Positions 1 to 13,856 of a DNA stretch of 64,000 nt are shown piece after piece. A program made the position numbers and the translations under genes. The first letter of the stretch is position 1, and each line of letters begins with the position of its first letter. This DNA comes from Eledone cirrhosa (Eukaryota): the NCBI GenBank assembly GCA_964016885.1, contig OZ024741.1, positions 214,892,001-214,956,000 on the forward strand. The letters are read 5' to 3'. The notes below the pieces were generated by a model. That model was not told where the DNA came from. It ran no database searches and saw nothing but the letters and a program-made list of their open reading frames with translations.

Positions 1-424
1 CCTTCACATAGAAACAATAGATTGGCAGAATCATTCGAGCATCGGACGAAATCCTTTCCAGCATTTAATTACAACATTTTACATTCTGAGTTTAAATCAG
101 TGAAGTCAACTTTCTCTTTCACCCTTCTGGTTAAAGTACCAGTCACATATTCAGATCGTTATAGCCGACATTCAGCCTCCCTACAAATTGTTAGCCTTAT
201 GTCCAAATTAATTATCATTTTCTGTAGGCATTTTTTTGTTTTTTGCATCGATCGACGAGAACTCGGACCTTACCGAGAGCGGTGGAACTCATCAAATAAG
301 ACCAAGGGAATGTTTACCATGTTGTTGTTGTTGTTACAGCTCACACCTATGCAGGTTTAGCTGGCCTCCTCCAAGGTATATCTCGTTGGAAGTCTCTTGG
401 GTGATTTAATGATAGGGACCCCAG

Positions 425-575
425 TCCTATCATCTCATTTCTACAGCTGAGTAAACTGGAGCAACGTGAAATAAAGTGTCTTGCTCAAGGAAACAACACA
501 TCACCCGGTCCGATAATTGAACTCACAACCTTTCGATTGCAAGCCCAATGCTCTAAACACTAAGCCATGCGCCTT
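425..575 (-). mobile_element. tRNA-derived SINE (family 1)
   Basis: Minus strand has a tRNA-like head (GGCGCATGGCTTAGTGTTTAGAGC...GTGAGTTCAATT) followed by a CCTTGAGCAAGACACTT body typical of tRNA SINEs. Confidence 0.7.
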
Positions 576-881
576 CACCATGGTATTTCCATTACTGATA
601 CTATTTACCGGTTGCAATTCCTGGCAGGAAGAGCGACATAAAATAAACTGTCTTTGAATTGAACTCGGATACTCACGATTGCTAATCCAATTCCCTAACG
701 ACTAAGCCCCTCTCTTGAGTTCAAATCCCAGTTAAGTCAACTTTCCTTTCGTGCTTGTTTATAAAGTACCAGCCATATACTGAATTCGATGTAATGACCC
801 CCCCCCCCCCCCCACGCACGCACACACTTACAAATTGTTGGCGTTGTGTCTGAATTAACATATTATATATAGGAACATTAG

Positions 882-1100
882 GGCGGTGGATTGGCAGTAT
901 TGGTAGAGGGTCGAACGCCATGCTTTGCAGCAAAGAGTTACACCGCTTTATGATCTGAGTTCAAATCCCGCCGAGGTTAACTTTGCCTTTCATCCTTACG
1001 GGGTCGATAAAATAAAGTACCAGTCACGTACTGGAGTCGATTTAATTGACTTTCCCCGCCCCAAAATTGCTCGCCTTGTGCCTATATAACAAACCATTTT
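882..1100 (+). mobile_element. tRNA-derived SINE (family 2, octopus-type). Further copies near 15-200, 1340-1490(-), 2535-2690(-), 2750-2880(-), 3815-3915(-), 5030-5155, 26903-27090, 28530-28600(-), 47570-47720(-), 56960-57145(-)
   Basis: A-box-like TGGCAGTATTGG, B-box GAGTTCAAATCC and central GCCTTTCATCCTTACGGGGTCGATAAAATAAAGTACCAGT, repeated many times in the window. Confidence 0.85.
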
Positions 1101-1929
1101 ATATAGGAACATTTATTCTTATATTTTTGGTTCTTTCAGTTTGGTTGCTAATTTATGTCATTTACATGCATGCAGGGTCCCATAAATTCAGAGGGGGTTT
1201 GGGGGGCACCGTATTGACATACAGCATTTCTACGGCTCTTTCAAACCTGTTGGAGCCCATCCCTCTTCAGGTCTAAATGCATAGATTCCTTCCAGAGAAG
1301 GATAGAGAGATTGAAAGAATGGAAGTGAGAAAGCGATATAGAGGAAGAATCGATCCCAGTACTAGACTGATACTTTTTTTTATCGTCCTCGAATAGATGG
1401 AAAGCAAAGTAGACCTCAGAGTGATTTGAACTCAAGAGAGCAGAGAACCGAAACAAATACTGCAAATCATTCTATCCGACGTTCTAACGCCGACTTAATT
1501 AAGCTAATTTAATGTAATATTATATTTGGCACGACGTAGGCGTTTTACTTTTAATATATCTATTTCCCATTTATCACATTACATATGAGGCTAATATGAT
1601 CAACATCCCGAAGTAAGTTCCATACACTGCCTGTTTATTACGACCTGACCTGTGTGTAAATATATTAAATAATATTGTATTACCTAACATACATTTCTAT
1701 ATGACAAAAGCTCCCTTTGATAGCTACAAACATTCTCTAGCTATAACAATAACATAAACTCGTCGTTGATGTATAGTAAACAGACTCACCTTTCTTCTAG
1801 TGGTGAGTTTATTTGAACATAAAGCCACATATGTGGGCTTTGGTATTTCCTTTAATACAAATATACAATGACCACAGCTGAACAAAATTACCTTTAACAT
1901 AGCTGTCATATTAAATACTCTATAGAAAT

Positions 1930-2227
1930 GGATGTTATTGTTTTGGGGACTGCAGTAGTTGTTGGAGTTGTTGTTATTTGTGTTGTTGTTGTTGTTGTTG
2001 CCGCTTATGTTGTTGTTGCTGCTACTCCTGTTGTTGTTATTGTTGTTGATGTTGTTGCTGTTGTTGTTGTTCTTGCTCTTTTTGCCGCTACTGTTGTTGT
2101 TGTTGTTGTTGCTGTTGTTGCTGTTGCTGTCGCTGTTGTTGCTCTTATTTTTGCTGTTGCTGCGGTTGTTGTTATTGCTGTCGTTGCTGCTGTACTTGTT
2201 ATTGTTTTTTTGCGTTGATGATTCTGC

Positions 2228-2261
<34 letters not shown>

Positions 2262-2282
2262 GCCACTGTTGTTGCTGCTGTG
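1930..2282. repeat. Compound (GTT/GCT)n trinucleotide repeat
   Basis: Directly visible; it generates the spurious poly-N/V/L ORFs. Confidence 0.95.
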
Positions 2283-3658
2283 AGATCTGGACAGTGGAAT
2301 TGTTGTTACGGACATTTGCACTAAGTAAATATGTTAAACCAAGTTATTTAAAGATAACAATATGTCTGCCTTATAATACCACAAGGGAGATAAACATGTA
2401 GAATATAGAGCGATGAGATCAGAGAAATGTAATAATTCTGTCTAATTTAGGCACGATGGGGAATAGAAGGTCGATTATACCAGCAGCAGTACTTTATTGA
2501 TACTTTATAGAGTGAGAGAATGGAAGTGAGGAAGAATCGACCCCAGTACTAGACTGATATTTTATTTTATCGACCTATGAAAGATGAAAAGCAAAGCCGA
2601 CTTCGGTGGGATTTGAACTGGGAAAGTAAAGAGCTGGAGCAAATGCTACTAATTATTTGTCCGACACTTGAACGATTCTGCCAATTCACCGGTTTCTGCC
2701 ATAGGTACAAGTTCAGTAATTTAGGAAGAGAGGATAGTCACTTAAATTGAATCAGTATTTGGCTGGTATTTTATTTTATCGAAGGATGTAAAGCAAAGTT
2801 AGCCTCGACTGGATTCAAACTCAGAGAGCAGAGAATAGAAACATATACCGAGGTATTTAATCTGATGTAACAACTCTGGCAATTTCCATCTATACAGATC
2901 TCTCCACTTCACTCACACACACAAATAAAACCCAATACTGCTAACAAATTTCATTTATGTTACAGAAGGCAATGATGCTTTATTCAGAAAGCAACTATAA
3001 CCCTTTTAAATGCTAAAGCACCTGAAAACGTGCATGGTTCTATGAAACAAAGCTGTTTATTTTTAAATGTTTATATTTATCTGAACAACTTCCACCAAAG
3101 CATCATTATTAAATTATGTTACAAACACTAGCATAATATTGAGAACGTTATAGCTATATTATTAAATAGCTTCCAGGTGTTGATTATTTTCAAAACGAGT
3201 TGAAAATGATAGGCAGTATCTTTTATTAGATATACAGTAACGAAAGGGTTAGCGAGAAAAAATTGTTTTTTCAATTCACACTCCCAGTTGAGAGAAGGTC
3301 ATAAACAAATCAGATATGACTCCAAACACATTGACACTTGTTTTCCCAATGGACCTTTTTAAAAAGAATATTGTTTCCTTTAGAGTCTTAAGGGAATTTA
3401 ACTAGCGAAAAAAAAAAATCATATCTGACATATCTAACGTTTCACACAGTACTTAGTAAACTTTCTGATATATTCCCATTACTTCCATAACACACGATAG
3501 TGTTTAGTTTGTAAAGTGAAGTTCTTACTTACTGAACCACACAACCATGCTTGCATGTCTCATATACAATAGGCGAAACTATTATCTCTCTCTATAACCC
3601 CCTTCTCTCCCTACCCCTCTTTCTTTCTACCTGCTCTCTCTCCCCCCTCTCTCTCTCT

Positions 3659-3738
<80 letters not shown>

Positions 3739-3924
3739 AATAAAAAAAGGAAAAGAATGACTTCACTTGTAGTGTTAAAAAATGTTTGATTTAATTTTAT
3801 AATATTATAATATTGTTTCTACTGTTGGCACAAGGCCAGCAATTACCAGTGTATTACTGGTACTTTATTTTATCGACCCCATAAGGATGAAAGGCAAAGT
3901 TAACCTCGGCGGGATTATTATAAT

Positions 3925-4110
3925 ATTATGAGTTGGTAGATCCAGTAGATTGAGACGCTTTCGAAATATATATTTATTTATCTGTTTTGCAAGGTTTTTG
4001 ATATGAAATCGTGTACCGAAACAAATATTGTTATACTTGGGGTGGGTCATATTGTTATAATATTGCCTGGAATAATAACAGAACACACTCACTGTTTGGT
4101 TGGTTTTCGC
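3925..4110 (-). mobile_element. PLE pseudo-LTR tail/ORF-start fragment related to the 13850-22974 element
   Basis: Translates MTHPKYNNICFGTRFHIKNLAKQI versus MTLPKYNNIGFNTRFQIKNLAKQI at 18595. Confidence 0.8.
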
Positions 4111-5272
4111 TTCTGTATCTTTTATATCTCCATAGTTAATCTATCTGGCCATTTATCTCACTCTCTCTAACTGTCTATCTAACGTGTCTGTCTGTGTCTT
4201 TCCCTCTATTTCTCCTCTTCTTTTTTTCTATCTATCTACTCCCCCCCCCTCACTCTATCTAGCTGTCTATCAATCTATCTATCTATTTATCTAACACTCT
4301 TTCGCTTACAAATTGTTATCAAGGTAATACATTTTAACTTATTATCATCCTGTAACACATGAAACTACATCATTGAAAAATAAATAAAAACAAAAACATT
4401 ATGAAGTGCATCACATTCAGAATGTATGATCTCACTGTATTTAATACCTGACATTTCCAAAACAATCAGTCCACTAGTAACAATACTATAAACATTTGAA
4501 GTAACACACCAAACGAAATTACATAAGCTAGACATTCTTACAATAACTTTATGATGGGATCATATTTGCCCACAAATAAAGATACTATAAACATTTGAAT
4601 GAACAAACTTATTTTTAAATATTCTCTGCTAACTCATTACAGGGTGATCAGAATTAATATATGAAAGTTAGACAAAAGCAGAGAAGGAGAGACTAGTAGA
4701 TTTCGGAGTCGGCAATAGTTAATCAATTATATTAGTAAATTTAAATAATTCTGTAAAGAATATAAATATCTTAATATTTCGTGCAACATTTCTTTGTCAT
4801 GGCGACAATTTTTGTTTCACAATTAGGTTTAGGAAGCCGCTGTAATACAGACGGAGCTCTCAAAATCGAAGTTACAATATCAAAACAGGAAAGAAAGAAA
4901 GAAAAAGAAGGAAATCGGAATGCCATCTTCGTGATATAACTTTCCCAAATGGCCCAAAAGTGGTAAAAGTATTATGTTCTTGTGTAAAATACTTACAGAT
5001 TTTATGGCATTATTTGTTTTATTCTAAGAATAGTGGATTAGCAAGATCGGTAGAGCATCGAACAACATACTTTGTGGCATAGAGATACGGCCGTATACGT
5101 TCTGAGTTTAAATCTCGCTGAGGTTAACTTTGCCTTTCATGCTTACGGTGTCAATAAATATATATGCACATATATGTATTTCATTCTATGGTTAACTTAT
5201 TTACATTTTTTTAAACGAAAATCTCATTGCTGAATTCTAGCACGTAGTGAATAGTTGAATTCCACTACTAGA

Positions 5273-5383
5273 TGCTTTCTGATGAAGTGTAATAAATAAT
5301 TAAGTATTGCATATGATTGAACAATATATGTTGTAGTGAACATATGTAGACAATTTATAGACACAGAAACATATGGCAAAGCA
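5273..5383 (+). ncRNA. Degenerate type I hammerhead-like motif
   Basis: TGCTTT-CTGATGA-aGTGT...ACACa-GAAA-CATATG-GC-AAAGCA; stem I 6 bp, palindromic stem III, but UH is replaced by GC. Confidence 0.55.
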
Positions 5384-5466
5384 AATAAATCCTTAATCTC
5401 TTCACGCCGGCGTTTTATTTTTTTTTTCTTGGTGTAATACTTGCTTATATATATATATATATAATC

Positions 5467-5589
<123 letters not shown>

Positions 5590-5591
5590 AT

Positions 5592-5671
<80 letters not shown>

Positions 5672-5675
<4 letters not shown>

Positions 5676-6391
5676 GAGGCTGGACTGGTGTAATTCCTGA
5701 AAATGTTTATTATACTATGATCATTTCAGTGACCGGGTTCAGTATGAATCCGGTGACATCATCAGGTATTCGAAATTTAACAAAGGAATATCATAGACAA
5801 AATACATGAGGCTGATAATCAGAGACATGAGGGCGGCCGAACATTTAGTAGTTTCTGTAAATTGTTTAAGTAAATCTCCCAACTTTAAACCTAGATCTTA
5901 CTTTTCTAATTTCCTCTTAAATGGCATCTTTTAACTCTAAACATAAATTTAACGTTTCTAATTGTTAATCGTAATTTCTGACCCTACAATATACTGTGCA
6001 GACGCCCACTATATATAGCTTTGTTAAAGATATATGTTTTTTGAAAAAATATTTTTCGCGCCACTTTCTAGCACTTCCGACCAGCTTGAATGTAACCTGA
6101 TCTCACCGCTGGACTCTGTCTATGACGGGGTAGTAGTAGTACACTATAAGCCTAAGCCCCTCCACTAGAAGGACATAGGAAGACTTATTAATCATCACTT
6201 GAGGGCGGTTGACCGGGCTAGAAGCTGCTAAATATTCGGCCGACCTCATGTCTCTGATTTTCAGCCGCATGGATTTTGTCTATGATATTCCTTTGTTACA
6301 TTTCGAATACCTGATGATGTCACCGGATTCATACTGAACCTGGTCACTTAAATGATCATAGTACAATAAACCTTTTAAGGAATTACACCAG
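5672..6391. mobile_element. PLE-type insertion with inverted arms (5685-5856 / 6220-6391), each arm carrying an HHR motif (5712-5769 minus; 6307-6364 plus)
   Basis: Arms are reverse complements. ATAC-CTGATGA-stem II-GAAA-TGATCA-TA-GTAT. Starts at the edge of an (AT)n tract; related copy at 46610-46713. Confidence 0.75.
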
Positions 6392-7790
6392 AGATCCGAA
6401 GGAAATCCTGATCAGGTGGCATGACCACTTTGATGAGCTTCTCAACAGACCATCAGAAATTGATGATGAGTTCATCCGGTCGATTCTATCCAGACCTACA
6501 AAGCTGGCAATGCCTGATCCTCCTTCATTTGATGAGGCGGCGAAGGCCATTGCCAAATTAAACAGCGACAAGTCACCTGGAATGGATGGACTGAGTGCTG
6601 AGATTTTCAAGTGTGCTGGTGATAACTTCTTAAACCACCTCACTGATCTCTTTCTGAATGTTGGAATGAAGATGTGCCACAGGATTGGAAAGATGCATTG
6701 ATGGTGGTACTTTACAAAGGAAAGGGAGCCAAAGATGACTGTGGCAACTACAGAGGTATTTCACTGCTATCTGTGGCTGGGAAGATCTTGTACAGGATAT
6801 TGTTGGACAGATTGATACAGCACATTGCTGTTGAGGTACTTCCTGAGTCCCAATGTGGCTTTAGGAATGGCAGAGGCACTGTTGACATGATCTTCTCGGC
6901 CAAACAACTTCAAGAGAAATGCTTTGAGCAGCGCATGGACTTATACCAAGTTTTTGTCGATCTGACCAAGGCATTTGACACCGTTAATCAGAAGGCTTTG
7001 TAGGTTATTTTAGAGAGATTGGGCTGTCCTGAAAAGTTTGTGAACATTCTGAAACTCTTGCACGATAACATGCAGGGTGAATGTTGGAGGTAAACTGTCT
7101 GAGCCAATTTCGGTTGAAAATGGTGTCAAGCAGGGTGATATACCTGCACCAACTTTGTTTGCCTTGTATTTCGCGATGGTGTTCTTCATGGCTTTCAAGG
7201 ATTGTCATTACGGTATCTATCTCAGATATCGCACTTCCGGCAAGCTGTTTAACCTTAGAGAATTTTTATATGCAGATGATTGTGATCTCTTTGCACACTC
7301 CTAGAGTGACATGCAACACCTTATGGATTCTTTTTCCAATACGTGCAGTGCTTTGGAACTGACAATCAGTCTGAAGAAGACTGTCGTCATGTACCAACCT
7401 ACTCCGGATAAAGTTTTCAATGAACCCTAGACGCATAGAGCACGAGAAGATCAAACGGGATGTGCGTAAGAAATGCCCTGGTTTATCTCTTGGAACGATC
7501 GGTGTCTCCATTGAATTGAAGTGCCCTGAGTGTGGAAAAATTTGCTTGAGCAAATCTGGTCTCAGGAGCCACAGTCGCAGCCATGTTCAAAGAGAAGCAG
7601 TGAACTATGATCTCAACGGTGTTGTGAGGGTTCACAGGCAACCTGATGCGGACCTCAAGCCAGGGAGATCCATAGTAGTCGTCAGTGTGTGAAGGAGTGC
7701 AAGTCTCTAGCAGGCTTTAAAAGCCATATCCGAGCGTCACACATCTGAATCTGACAAGCGATTGCAATACTCTTGGCAGAATTTGCAGCC
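6392..7790 (+). mobile_element. Decayed RTE-clade LINE (RT with frameshifts and deletions, 3' C2H2 zinc-finger end)
   Basis: KSPGMDG, NYRGISLLS, QCGFR, FVDLTKAFDTV, GVKQG, LYADD; CPECGKICLSKSGLRSHSRSH. Confidence 0.9.
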
Positions 7791-7869
7791 TCATATATAT
7801 AAATATATATATATGTATTTATATATATATATATATGTGTGTATATATGTATATATATATATCTATATA

Positions 7870-9555
7870 TGTTTGAATGGTTTGTGAGAGCTATACAAGC
7901 CATGTATAAAGAAACAGTTAGCAAGGTTATAATTAACAACGAATATAGTGAAGAGTTTAGCGTAAAAGTTGGTGTTCATCAGGGCTCCGTCCTTAGCCCC
8001 CTACTATTTATTATTGCCCTTCAGGCTATAACAGAGGAGTTCAAGACCGGCTGCCCATGGGAACTCCTATATGCAGATGATCTAACGCTCATAGCTGAAT
8101 CAATGGCTGAACTAGAGAAGAAATTCCAAACATGGAAGCATGGCCTAGAATCAAAAAGCCTTAAAGTTAACTTGTCTAAGACTAAAGTTATAGTTTGTAG
8201 GAAGGAAAATAGGGCATCGGTCCCATCTGCGAAATGGCCATGCTCAGTGTGTAGGAAAGGAGTAGGCAGAAACTCCATTTTATGTCCCAAATGCAAAGTA
8301 TGGGTGCATAAAAGATGTAGTGGGATCACAGGTAAGCTAACTAAGAATATAGATCTTATATGTGGCCGGTGCTCTGGTGCAATAAGTAGCAGCAAGTGCC
8401 CACGAATACTAGCTCATTCCATTGCACAGATGGTTCTATAGAAATAGTGGACACCTTCCGTTAACTGGGTGACAAAATCAGCAGTGGGGGAGGGTGCTCT
8501 GAAAGTACAGTAGCTAGAGTCAGAACGCGATGGAAAAAGTTCAGAGAACTAATACCACTATTGGCCGCTAAAGGGTTCTCTCTAAAAATGAAAGGCAGGC
8601 TGTATGATGCCTGCATACGAACAGCAATGTTACATGGCAGTGAGACCTGTGCATTGTGTACAGAGGATATATGCAGACTGGAGAGAAACGAAGCTTGCAT
8701 GCTCCGCTGGATGTGTAATAGTAATATACGTGAACGGCAAAGCATAAACGAACTAAGGGAGAAATTAGGAATAAGAGGGATCAGATGTTGTTTACTCGAG
8801 AAAAGACTACGTTGGTACGGTCACGTGATGCGCATGAAAGACGGCAGCTGTATAAAAAAGTGCAGGGCGATGAAAATAGACGGTAGCCACGGAGTAGGCA
8901 GACCCAGAAAAACCTGGGACGACTTGATAAATTCCGACCTCACACACTTACACTCTCCAAGACAATGTCACTGGACCGAGAGCTTTGGCGCTACACAGTT
9001 ATACAGAAGACCCGCCTTGCCTAAGTACAAAGCGAAACCTACAGTCAGTAGGCACCTCTAACAAAATACACCCCCGTCCCACTACCCCCAGCCCAACCAA
9101 ACCACCCCTTAAATGTGAAGTTATGTTGGTACCACAACATCCAGTCCGAAAGAAATGAGGTCGTGTAGGTGTCACGACAAAAAAAAAACACACAGTCCAC
9201 GCTGTAATGTGGCCGTGTAGGTAACACGGTAAAAACCTCCCAGTCCACACTGTAAACGTGGTTGGTGTTGGGAAGGTAACCCAGCCGTAGGAAACCCGCC
9301 AGACGTGTAGGTGTCATGACAAAAAAACACACAGTCCACGCTGTAATGTGGCCGTGTAGGTAACACGGTAAAAACCTGCCAGTCCACACGGTAGACGTGG
9401 TTGGTGTTAGGAAGGGCATCCAGCCGTAGAAAACCCGCCAGACAGTCCTATACGAGCAGGACAACAAATCTTGCCTGAAGTGGCAAAACTCCCGTCCAAA
9501 CCCATGCAAGCGTGGAAGATGGACAGTAAACGATGATGATGATGATGATGATGAT
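7870..9555 (+). mobile_element. 5'-truncated RTE-group LINE with a PHD-type Cys-rich insert after RT and a (GAT)n tail
   Basis: GVHQGSVLSP, LYADD, WPCSVCRKGVGRNSILCPKCKVWVHKRC..CGRC, RLRWYGHVMR, GRPRKTW; 3' UTR with duplicated segment and GATGATGAT tail. Confidence 0.9.
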
Positions 9556-9650
9556 ATATAGATATATATAGATATATATGTATATATATGTATATATATG
9601 TATATATATACATATATAGATATATATATACATGTATATATATGTATATA

Positions 9651-9741
<91 letters not shown>

Positions 9742-9894
9742 TCAGACACACATATATATATATATACACATATGCATGCCAATTCTAACACATATATGTC
9801 CTAGAAACGATCGTTAAATAATGAACTTTTTTTGTTTAATATAAGGAACTGTTTCATTGTTTTATTCATTATTTTTTTAATATTTTATATATAT

Positions 9895-9989
<95 letters not shown>

Positions 9990-10539
9990 ATATATAAGAA
10001 CAAAAGATGGTTAAAAGAGTTCCATGTATTTTATTATGTGCATTTCAAAAACAAATATCATCATGCAATAATATTTGTGTTTTCATCAGATAAAACAGGA
10101 AGACATGATATGAAGGTTAAAAAACACTTGTGGATAGTGCAGTTTTAAATCAACATATGAAAAGTAGTTTTAGATTGATGTGTGATATTGGGAAAAAATA
10201 TTTTATTTTGAGGGTGGGGGGTGGAAAGGATGAAAAAGAGGAGGAGATGAGAGTAAAAAGTGGAGAGGGAGGAGTATAATGAGGAAGGATGAGATAGGAG
10301 GAGAGATGGGTGATAGAGAGAGAGAGATAGCTTTTATAACTGAGAGAAATATATTGTTTTACATAGAGAGGTTGAAAACCGTTGGAAGATAATGTATAAA
10401 TTAAAAGAATTTGAAAATTAACGAAGAGAAAAAAATAATGTAAAGTTAAGGTTTGTATATTGAAGGGTTTAATAATATGTGCGATGAAAAGAAAATGTTA
10501 ATATGTATTAAGAATAATATTTAAGGGTTTAATAATAGG

Positions 10540-10998
10540 TCACTCGTTAATAATCTCTCTAATCGCAATTGCAATTGCCCTGTTAAAAATAAATGTCCTC
10601 TCAACAACCATTGTCTTGATAAAAACTTAATTTACGAATGTAAAGTTATAACTGACACCAATTCCTTCACCTATTTTGGCTCCACTTCCACCTCCTTTAA
10701 AGCTCGTCTTTATAACCATCATTCGTCTTTTAAATACAAACTTAAAAGAACCAACACGGCTCTCTCAGAACTCATATGGTCCTTGAAAGACAAAAATATT
10801 AAATATAGCATCTTTTGGAAGAAGCTTTCTTCTGCGTCTTCATACTTGAACAGTTCTCTATCCAAGATTTGCAATCTCTGTCTAAATGAAAAATTTACCA
10901 TTATATCTAATTTAGACTCTATAATAAATAGACGCACTGACTTGTTTTCTATCTGCTTGCATAAATTCCACAAAACATTCCACAAAGTATACAGCTAA
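10540..10998 (+). pseudogene. PLE GIY-YIG endonuclease C-terminal fragment (open frame, no start)
   Basis: CNCPVKNKCPLNNHCL..LIYECKV..TYFGST..FKARLYNH..ALSELIWSLK..CNLCLNEK..INRRTDL..CLH. Confidence 0.85.
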
Positions 10999-11950
10999 TA
11001 TCCAAAACTTTATCAAATTAGAATATTTTTCTCAAAGGCACATATATATATATATACTTCTTTAAAAATATACCCATCTTTCTACCTTATTTCAAAGTTA
11101 TTTATTATACATTATATAATACTTGTTACTCATTCTATATCACTCCTATTTATCACTTCCCTTTCTTCTCTTTTTCTTTTAATGTCTAACCCCTAATCTG
11201 TACCTTTTCTCACTGTTGCCTAACATAGAAACAATTATTACATAATACAATACATTCTTACTCTATATCACCTTGTAAAAATCCTTCGTAAACATAAACA
11301 TTTTTGACGTTAGATTATTCATCCTCAATTCATTATTTTTTTCTCCCTTTCATCTAACTTACTCATGCTCATCTCACAATATATCCTTATTTACATTACT
11401 TGTTGCTCTTTTTAATAATACATATCAACATTTTCTTACCATCGCACATATTATTAAACCCTTAAATATTATTCTTAATACATATTAACTTTTTCTTTCC
11501 ATCGCACATATTATTAAACCCTTAAATATTATTCTTAATACATATTAACATTTTCTTTTCATCGCACATATTATTAAACCCTTCAATATACAAACCTTAA
11601 CTTTACATTATTTTTTTCTCTTCGTTAATTTTCAAATTCTTTTAATTTATACATTATCTTCCAACGGTTTTCAACCTCTCTATGTAAAACAATATATTTC
11701 TCTCAGTTATAAAAGCTATCTCTCTCTCTCTATCACCCATCTCTCCTCCTATCTCATCCTTCCTCATTATACTCCTCCCTCTCCACTTTTTACTCTCATC
11801 TCCTCCTCTTTTTCATCCTTTCCAGCCCCCACCCTCAAAATAAAATATTTTTTCCCAATATCACACATCAATCTAAAACTACTTTTCATATGTTGATTTA
11901 AAACTGCACTATCCACAAGTGTTTTTTAACCTTCATATCATGTCTTCCTG

Positions 11951-12017
11951 TTTTATCTGATGAAAACACAAATATTATTGCATGATGATATTTGTTTTTG
12001 AAATGCGCATAATAAAA
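11951..12017 (+). ncRNA. Type I hammerhead ribozyme (inverted copy at 10029-10095, minus)
   Basis: TTTTAT-CTGATGA-long stem II-GAAA-TGCGCA-TA-ATAAAA; canonical core, palindromic stem III ATGCGCAT. Confidence 0.85.
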
Positions 12018-12490
12018 TACATGGAACTCTTTTAACCATCTTTTGTTCTTATATATTATGTATACTCCAGTCCTACAAACTGTAGAGTGCTTCTTATCCG
12101 ATATCTGCATTGCTTTATTGTACTACAATAAAACTCACCTCCTACATTATATATATATATATATATATTTGGTTATGTCAATATTTATAAAACAGACTTT
12201 GTATTTCATCTAATGAGAGCGTACCAAAGTTCAGGTACCCTTGAAATATATATAATAGAATAAATATGGTTTTATAAATATAGTTTCCACTTATTTAATA
12301 TCATTATATATATATTTATATAGGTATATACACGTATATATATGCTAGCAGAATGGCCCGGCGTTGCTCGGGATTTGCTCTGGGGTTCTTATATAGTTGA
12401 TATATATTTATCCTTATCGAGCCTCGTGAAATAAATACGTTTGTTTATATTTTGTTATTGCGTATGCAAAAATATCTGTACACGAAAATA

Positions 12491-12532
<42 letters not shown>

Positions 12533-12660
12533 GGTATCCACAGTAAGTTGTGGGGTCTATTCTGCATGAAGAACTCGATGTAATCACTATGTTGAAAATG
12601 TTGTAGGTTAAGATAAATCACGGAAAACAATAAAACATTAAAAGGAAAACAGAGCCATGA

Positions 12661-13040
12661 TATAAGTTAAAACAATGAAATAAAAACTCATGTCATTAGA
12701 GATATACTTCACTGTTTTACGATCGTTTCTAGGTGATGATAATACATTGTAGCTATACTCCGTTATTGATATATGTAATGTTAGTGACAAAATATCAGAT
12801 AAAGAGAATATTAACGTACATGCATATGACCCGCTGTTTTCAAAACCAATTTGCATTTGAAAACAGCTGGTGATATGCATGTAAGTAAATATTCTCTTTA
12901 TCTGATATTTTGTAACTAACCTTACATAGATCAATAACGGAGTATAGCTACAATGTATTATCATCACCTAGAAACGATCGTAAAACAGTGAGGTATATCT
13001 CTAATGACTTCATTTTTTATTTCATTGTTTTAAATTATAT
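12661..13040. repeat. About 380-bp near-perfect palindrome (fold-back element) between (AT)n tracts
   Basis: Arms are reverse-complementary about centre ~12852 and carry the HHR 3' half GAAA-CGATCG-TA; related fragment at about 9790-9885. Confidence 0.85.
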
Positions 13041-13124
13041 ATATATATATATAAAAACAAATGACGAAACGAAATTAAATTTCGTTTCGTTTGTAACTCA
13101 CTTTTGTATGACTGACGCTTAAAC

Positions 13125-13479
13125 AATTAAGTTAAAAAAAAATTACATCTACATATGCATACTGAAATACTAGTGTGTATATGAATACACACACGTATAC
13201 ATATGTATATGTAACAAGTCTTTCACTGGTTGCTTTACTGTGAGCACCCAGCTATTCTGTATGTAAACACACAGACAAACCGGTTTTTAGAGTCATACTT
13301 TTTTGTATGACTCTAAAAACCGGTTTGTCTGTGTGTTTACATACAGAATAGCTGGGTGCTCACAGTAAAGCAACCAGTGAAAGACTTGTTTCATATACAT
13401 ATGTATACGTGTGTGTATTCATATACACACTAGTATTTCAGTATGCATATGTAGATGTAATTTTTTTTTTAACTTAATT
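13125..13479. repeat. About 355-bp near-perfect palindrome (fold-back element)
   Basis: Arms pair almost base for base around a T6 loop at ~13301; the right end runs into (AT)n. Confidence 0.9.
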
Positions 13480-13488
13480 ATATATATA

Positions 13489-13622
<134 letters not shown>

Positions 13623-13784
13623 AAGAATTAATAATAACAGGTAGACATCATAAAAAGGTAATTTATTCCGTGTGCTTACAAATGTTTCCACGGTGGTACT
13701 ACAGCCTAGTTATGCTATGTGCAAATTTACAAGTATTTGCAGAACTCAAATATCCAATGCTGTGACCACTGTATCCTCAGAGCA

Positions 13785-13856
<72 letters not shown>

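Larger units (their letters stand above)
9993..12150 (+). mobile_element. 5'-truncated PLE remnant (Naiad-like): inverted 3' UTR copy (9993-10537) + GIY-YIG C-terminus + 3' UTR with HHR
   Basis: 9993-10537 is the reverse complement of about 11507-12057. Flanked by (AT)n. 60-bp tandem repeat at about 11420-11590. Confidence 0.85.

Noticed and set aside
1724-2324. Poly-Asn, poly-Val and poly-Leu ORFs
   Set aside because: Translations of a trinucleotide repeat
2997-3252. Possible piggyBac-type MITE (TAACCCTTT..AAAGGGTTA)
   Set aside because: TIR match is only 9 bp and the TTAA sites are imperfect
12340-12380. CTAGC..CCCGGCGTTGCTCGG resembling a Helitron/Helentron end
   Set aside because: Short motif only, with no matching other end found
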